Assembly (NCBI RefSeq): GCF_000150275.1
Contig: NW_002060956.1
Location: 1,114,280 to 1,178,279 of the forward strand
Length of the DNA stretch: 64,000 nucleotides
Direction: 5' to 3'
Origin: Trichoplax adhaerens
Lineage: Eukaryota > Animalia > Placozoa
Positions 56,401 to 64,000 of this stretch are shown here, one piece after another. Positions within the stretch are counted from its first letter, which is position 1, and every line of letters starts with the position of its first letter. Below the pieces are notes generated by a model. That model did not search any database, was not told the DNA's origin, and saw nothing but the letters and a program-made list of their open reading frames with translations. Made by a program: the position numbers and the translations under genes.

Positions 56401-57399
56401 GTTGCTGCAATTAGCTATAGAAACGACGGATAGCTAGTTGTAGAGTAAATAATTTACCTTAGGTCCAGTTAATCCTTGCAAGCCTTGCGGTCCTGCAGAA
56501 CCTTGATTACCTGCTATACCCTAAAGCAGTACACAAGATTGAAAACACGCATACAAGATGGTTAATAATGACATATTAGCTGTCATTGTGGGCGAAATAG
56601 AGTAAGCAAGTCTTAAAAATTCATGGATACTATCGTAATTCATATCAATACAAAATGGGCGTATTTTTTCTATACGGCATTACTTGAGGTCCTTCCGGGC
56701 CGATTTGTCCTTTTTGTCCTTTATTACCTTTAATTCCCTACAACATAGAAAACTGTAAATATGAATAGACTGACAGTAGAAATCTTTAATCCCTTTGAAG
56801 GAGATTAAATGGCTTTATTTGCCAGTTATCATCGCAGTTGGATAAATCAAAAAACGCCTAAATTATCTAAAATTATTGAAGCATTGATTATGATAGCTAG
56901 TCTTATTATTTACCGGCTCTCCTTTTTCACCTTCTATAGGCTGTATTTATACGTATAAACAGCAGTGGAAGAACGAGTGCTCAGTAATAATCAGTTAGAC
57001 GTAAGTAATAAAGAGAACAAGAAAATTATTAATACCACAGTAACGTTGGTTGAGTTATCAACAGTAGCTGCTGCTACACTGGCCCTAGGTACCACACTTA
57101 ACATTTGATAAACCTCACCAGGTGGTCCAGGCGGTCCTCTTTCACCCTATTATTTTTTAACGAGAAGGATTGCGGTAAAGATTGCAGCATGTACATTGTG
57201 CGTATAGCAAATCCTAAAATTCTTCAAGTTAAGTATATTGTATATGTAACACTCGAAAAGCCTATCATCACTTAGTTATAGATATGACCTTTTCGCCCTT
57301 TTGCATAGGGATTACTGTGGGTGATTCTAAGTTTGTTCGTAGCTGAATAGTATTCCCATAGCCGATATAGGATAGAATTATTGCAAAGATGAACATCAT
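47419..57399 (-). CDS. Collagen type IV alpha chain, ~27 exons, roughly 1,550-1,600 aa by my exon tally
   Basis: Signal peptide [15 protein letters not shown] (ATG 57399), a long interrupted Gly-X-Y region, then a two-repeat NC1/C4 domain ([11 protein letters not shown]...LWSGYSLL...QDLG..SSCL..F.T.P..FC...SYWLS...RCSVCE; HSQ...CP.GW..LWEGYS...SPGSCL..FR..PFIEC..RGTC...SFW...SRCIVC) with 12 Cys. Stop TAA at 47419-47421. Confidence 0.96.
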
Positions 57400-60300
57400 A
57401 TTGATTAGTTACATGATCGTAAAGCAATCATTCGATAAAATAAATATTCGAAATCAGCTAATAAGCGTTTGTATACGCAGGTAATATCGACTAGTATAAA
57501 GCAGGGATAAATATTAGAATGATTAGCTTTATGATTATTAAGTTTAGCGAAGCACATACGCACTGGGAGTAAGTAGATCTCATCTAACTCTACTGACGAT
57601 GTAAGATAGATACAAAAGCAGAAACTTATACGATAATGATTAGCAGTATGATCACTAACTAAGCAACCGATAAAACAAATACACAAGATAAACTGCTATA
57701 TATAGAATCAATGCAAGATAGAATGAAGCAAAATGAAGATTATAATTTAATAAGAAAATTGGATATACGGTGATAAATAGTTTAAAAGTGGATAAGATAG
57801 AACTATGCTGTAGATGCTAAAACTGTCATCTACTGATAGATCTTGCTAAATAGCAATAAAATTTATAGGTAGATGCTAAGCCTAGCAGTTATCGGCGATG
57901 AATTATTTTCTGTATGTACTAGATCGCACAGTATACTTATTGAGTTAAAAAACTGAAGAAAATGAATAAAGATAGGATTACGTGCTATATTAGTTCGATC
58001 ATTGATTAATTGCTATGTTAAAGGTTACATTTAAGAGCAGATGTTAAACCTTACGACTATTAAACGATAATTTTATATAGTAAGTGTTAGAAATCAGTTG
58101 CTTAAAAGAAATTGATCGCTGAAAAAGACAATTGCTATCGATATCGAATAACTTCTGTAAGTAATGATTATGTAGAGCATTTTGTATTTGAGATAGAAAT
58201 TAAAGAAAAATAAACGTGCATGTGCTATATATTAAGATAGTTCATAACTCATAGATTAATACATTATTTTAAATTTCAAAGCAGCTGCTAATCCTGATAT
58301 CTGTCGAATGTTATTTATAGCAATAAGATGATGAACGTAGCTTAATATTTATTACTACAAATTAATAAAATAGAACATATTAAGATACTATAGAAGATAG
58401 AATAGATGAAAATTTAAGCCAATTATATTTGCCTATATATCACACTGAATGTTCAATGTACCTCTTGTGTTTCTGCATTTCTTACATAGGCAATAAATAC
58501 AATAAAAATGACTATTTGCCTAAAATGAAAGGAAATAACGAGATAATTACTCTTTTATAGTCTCAATTTGAGATATATGAGCATGATAAGCATGGTTGAT
58601 GAAGAATAAAGTTTACATTATTAGCAATTAGGGCCAAGAGGGGACTATTGACCCTTGACTATTTTACTATGATGAAATTTCAAAATTATATTAAATTACT
58701 TACTTCAACATCCCTTGAGTTGAAAAAAGGGAGTTAGTCCGATTGGAATAATTTTACTTCAAATGATAACCTCAGAAAACCTTAAATGGAGGTAAGAATT
58801 ATTATTATAGTAATTTAGCAAATCTATCCACTATTACTAGTCTATGATCGTGCAAGGGATGGCCAACAACTTTAGTCATAAAGTACAATAATTGAATAAA
58901 TAATTTATATACATATATATGCAAATAGATACATCTTTGGATAGATTACGTGCCTCAGTATCGATTAACTTCAAATTTTTGTATTTGCCCTTATGATAAT
59001 TAGCACAAGATTAGTCTGTCGATCGATGATGTCTATATAACATCTCATTCCAAAGTTAGGACATACAATCGCAGTAGTTAGTTAGAAAGTGTCGGCGAAG
59101 ATATTATCATTAAGATAAATTGAGTGCGAAGGGCGAAGAATGCTGGTCATGATCGTTAAAATGGCACCCAACAGTGTATCTCACGCTGACATCGCTAGCT
59201 AAGAATGCTGTTTTCTATCTATCTATCAATAATATGCATATAGATCAATGAAATTATCAGTAGCAAACCCAGATACATATTATGGTTATGTCAAGGTGAT
59301 TTTATTAACACCAAATCGACTTTAAAAATCCATATTAATACTGTATTATTGCAGAATTCATTTGACTTATTCCAGGTATTAATTTTTTGTATATTACTGA
59401 TACAATGGCTTATTCCATTCGATTGATAGTTTACAATATTAATGAGCATTCTCTTGATGTTTATATTTTTTAGGCTACAGGTACAATGAGTGACTTCTTT
59501 ACTTGAGTTGTTGCATAATTTATAGCGGAAATAAATATAATTATCGAGCTGCTGCCGAATGGTGGAACAGCTGAGGTTGAAATAGGAATACTGAAATGAT
59601 TATTTTGAAGATAGAAATTTTGTTGATATTTTTCTTCTCTATTTGAACTACAAATTGTCTAATGGAATGGATTTCCATAGCTAAAGTTACTACTTAATTA
59701 AGATCAGCAAGATCATTAGCATCATCCGAGAACATAAAGATTTATTCTCAATGATTTAAGATAGAATAGAGGGTAGGAAACGAGAAATTTACTACCGTTA
59801 TAAGTGAAGAAACGTTTCTAATTAAAAAACGATTAACAAATATAGGCTATAATAGTCAAGTAGTTAGAATTTTATATGGATTAGATGTATAAAACCCTTC
59901 TGAAAGTTATATAAGAGCTTTGTACTCAAATCGTGATGCATAAACCAATTGTGGCGATTGATCAGTATCACACATTCTTGTTTTAAATTATGTGAGTATT
60001 GAATGATTTTATTGCAGGATTAGCAAAGGGAAAAGAACGAGATGAAATTCTCTAGTTTATGCTATCATATAATGTAATTAATACACAATTAAAATAATTG
60101 GACAATTCTACTAGATTAAATTTCGCATTAATAACTAATTTAGTATCGTAATTAGCCATAAAATGAAGGCAAGTAAGGTACTATTAAAAATTGTTTAAAG
60201 CCATTTAGGAGCATGCGAACGTAGTAATAAGAGAGAAAATGGTAAGAAAGATAGGAAAAACCGTATCGATTTATGCATTAAATTTATTATCCAGCTTAAT

Positions 60301-62879
60301 GAATGCGTTATGCACTTAGGTAAAAGATATAATTCAGAGAATTGGAGTCTAATATTTAAGAGGTTAATTTATAATTTACTAAAGAACAAATGTGCAGGGC
60401 AAGTATGCGTAAGTTGTAAATCTTTTGGCTCTGCAAAGATTATGTCAAGCCTTATTAGTGAATATGCCAAGGCAGAAAGAATGGTAATGAACTTAACTCA
60501 AAAAATAACTAAACTCGATCGCTAATATCTTAGCAAAGATTGTGTAAACTCTTCAATGACATATCAAGGATGGAAAGCTAATAGGCTAAATGTAAAGACA
60601 TTTTGATGATTCATCAGAGATAGAACGTTAACAAATTTATGCCATTAAATTAATATAGAGATCGACCGAAATTGTTTAGTGGCATTCCAAGGAGTTGAAG
60701 CTAACAGATTTAGTCCAACAAGGAATACTTTCATTAATATTAACACAGAAATTGTATCTATCCGTTTTAGTAGCATAATAAAAGCAAGTTATTGGGATAA
60801 AATAATAGTAGACTTGATCAGGAGTAACAATATCAACTTTTAGTATCAACACAGAGATTGTATGAAGCCATTTTGATATCATATTAGGATAAATTGCAGA
60901 TGAGTGAAGTAAAAAAACAACTTCGATTGCATGCTTAGAATAGAAAATTAGTTGCCTTAATTGAAGGATACTATGTTTTCATAGACACAAAGATTGCATT
61001 AAGCTCTTTAAAATGATATATTAAGGGTAGAAAACTAAAAAAATAGCACTTAATTAAAAGTTACTCTAATACAAGGCTTGCTATAAAGTAAGAGATGAAA
61101 TAAAAGTAGATAGTTGCACGAGAATCGCACAACCAAAAATCTGCACAATAAGATGCCTATGGATTCCGTGAACTAGCATAATACCGTATCCATTTTAAGT
61201 AGTAGTCAGATAGTATACTATCTTAAGTTATTAATTGTAAGGAAATCAGGAAAGGAGGTGAGAAAAATGTCTATTTCCTGCTTAAATAATCAGTAGATCC
61301 TGTAGGGGGTATCATTAAAAATGACCATGTGCGTCAATGAAAAGATCAGGCCGACATATTTTAAATCATTGCAATTGTAATAATAATCACCATCAAGTAT
61401 TTAACAAATGAACTAATTAGATATCAAGGTCTATGATTGACTAGTAATCAACATACGCTATTGCATACTGCTGTGTCGAAATGGACTTTCTAACTCTTCT
61501 ATTTGTTTACTTTGATAGCATGTCGTTGAAAGCACGCATTCAATAACAAGATAATTAGATGGATGACCTACAGCTATGACTTGAATAATTAGATCTACTG
61601 CTATGAACTTAATCTAGCTCTATTGCTATATCTGATGGATCGAATCGATCAGGTGTTACTATAACCGATGCAAGATGCAACTGCCTAATAAACTTAACAC
61701 GAATTCATCCTATTGGGCTGTCCAAACCAACAGAGTAAATCAGTGAGATTATTGACATTATTTGTCGTGATTGATATCCTCGACAAGTATAGGCCACAAT
61801 ATTAGGGGCGTGGTAAATTCTCTCTACTCTAATGATTGAAACTCTTCAGCTATAGTCTCTTATTAAATCTTTCAATATTCAAGGCATTTACTTTAAATTT
61901 GGCTCAAACTCCACATCAGTAGCTGACTAAAACTCCGAACAATTGGCCCTTGATGTTTTTATGAACTTTTACTACAGTATTGAGTTATTTGTAGGAAATT
62001 TCTAGTACAAACCATAAGTCACTAGTACATGTACGGCCGGTTCAACCAGTAGATACTAGAAGCCACGCCGTATATAGTAGTGGTCTGTGCCAAGAGCTAA
62101 TAAAGAAATATTGACTATTACAACTTTTAGTGATAGTTGAATACTGTTTAAATCGATTGGGTACTACCATCGTTCCGACTTCTATCACCTTGTTATAGAA
62201 AAGAGAAAACAGCTGAAAACTAAATCATTCTAAACTGGTATATTGGACAGCTTGGAAGATTGATTTCAACTAAGATAATTTGGAATTTATCTGGGATTGA
62301 TCGCCTAATGCAATACACGTAATGTAATATAACCTTTTCCGTATCATGATGAGAAAAGCCAAGATATTCATTATTGCAGCATTACTATGGTTATGCTTAC
62401 TCCATTTGGAAGCTCATGCCAATATTAGCCCGGTATTGTTACTAGTTACTATTTTCAAAGCATTACAATTGAATTTTATTTACATAGGATCAATTTTAGT
62501 CTATAATTGAGGAGTTTTTCTCATGAACGATAATTAATAGCAATTATAATCTCGGCCGGACTGCTTTAAAAGCATTGTAAAGTAGTGATTTTAATTTAAA
62601 TGGATTCTATTATTACGGTTATAAGAGTAGTTTTTAGTTATCTGCTTTGATATAATTCTATAAGTATTGTTGCAATTCTATGCTAATGACTACTGTAAAT
62701 CTATTTCGAGATCAAAGTATTATGTACCTATATAAGCGATGATCATAATCGACTCAAGAGAATCATAAAATTATCGCCAATTAATGACTTTAGCTTAATC
62801 TACGATGAATTTACTACACAGCAAATTATCTAGATTAACAGCGATAGTGCCTAAAATCACGTTTATGGTCATTGTAAAA

Positions 62880-63160
62880 GCATTCTTATACATCCATGCT
62901 AACAATCACCGTAAGCTACCTTGAAATGATCATAGAAAGTATCATGACCTATCCACGCTAATAACCACTATAATCTACTTCTGGATCATGAAAGTATCAT
63001 GATATGTATTTGTCTACATTATCCATCGCTGTTCTCTCTTTCTAGATGATGACAAAAATCAAGTCTAAATTAGATCATAAAAGTATCATAGTACGCGTTC
63101 GTCCATATTATCGATCGTCATTCTCTGTTTCTAGATGACGATCAAATCAAGTCTAAGTTA
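62880..63160. repeat. Degenerate short tandem duplications (~58 bp x2, then ~88 bp x2)
   Basis: A recurrent ATCAT(A/G)AAAGTATCAT, and TTTCTAGATGAxGAxxAAATCAAGTCTAAxTTAG present twice. Confidence 0.65.
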
Positions 63161-64000
63161 GCGATTAGTAAAAGCTACTTCACGATATTTTTAAAGTATC
63201 TCTAAACTGACGATCAGCGTAACCTCAATAAGTTCTACACATTATCATTCTACAGCTACATTAACGACAATTCTGATCTAGCTAGAGATTTTTATAAAAT
63301 TATTCTTACATATCTCCTATAATGACTACCGTGCTGGAATCGATTTTGACTAGCTTCTACTTTGAAACTATTATCAAAATATCATTTTATGTATAAGTGA
63401 GATAGTTCATTTAACCTTAACTAATCCTATTTATAAGAAAAATCGTTACTTAGTGGTCTAGTCTCCACGCTAGCCGTTTTAATACATCTTTGTCTGATGA
63501 GGGTAAAATGATTAACAAATAAAACTGTAGAATATGAGGCGATTGCTTTCAATTGGATCTACAATAAATTAGCTATACAAGTAGATTTATGTTGATATCG
63601 ATGTAGTTATAATGTATCTATGTAATGGCTTTGGCATAATTTTAATAGCCTTATACATTCAGGAACAATTTTTCTTATAATCATTAATTACCTAAATCGG
63701 TACTAAATGGTAATCATTTTACAGCTGTCAAAATTTAACTGTAAGGTCTCTTTCTGGTTTTAAGGTCAAAAGTATCTTACATTCAAGAACTTATTTTACA
63801 TATAGTTATCATATGAAATAACTATAATCGTTTTGTAGCTATAAAATCTTCGTTAGAAAGTATTCTCTCTGGTTACCAAGTCTACAGTATTATTAAGCTA
63901 AGAATTCTTTCCTAAGGGTTAATTATGATACAAATGGACTCAAGATCGCAATGTTTTGTAACCATGTAGTATTCGTCAGAAGGCACTTGATCTAGCTACG

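Overview
AT-rich, intron-dense eukaryotic (animal) genomic DNA with short GT-AG introns. Base composition, intron sizes and protein divergence suggest a placozoan (Trichoplax-like); this is an inference, not proven. Manual exon splicing supports nine protein-coding genes and one tRNA: SLC37A1/2-like transporter (-, 3'-truncated), CCDC15 (-), TBC1D23 (+), SERP1/RAMP4 (-), UPF3 (+), a compact PLEKHM1/3-type Rubicon-homology protein (-), mannose-6-phosphate isomerase (+), tRNA-Leu(UAG) (-), a FAM155/NALF (NALCN auxiliary subunit) homologue (+) and a full-length collagen IV alpha chain (-). Most ORF-track entries are exon fragments or antisense noise. The most interesting unexplained structure is non-coding: (i) dense TACWG/TACWGTA islands at the 5' ends of housekeeping genes and the tRNA; (ii) three head-to-head gene pairs whose shared upstream regions each carry tandem repeats, namely 152-bp x6, a hairpin-rich ~167-bp A/B array with a long CCAAT-capped inverted repeat, and a 194-bp x2 duplication; (iii) small palindromic elements sharing ATGGACTA...TAGTCCAT ends. 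The CCDC15-SLC37A order and orientation matches the human CCDC15-SLC37A2 pair. The collagen IV lacks the sulfilimine Met/Lys pair and 7S cysteines and has many N-glycosylation sequons.
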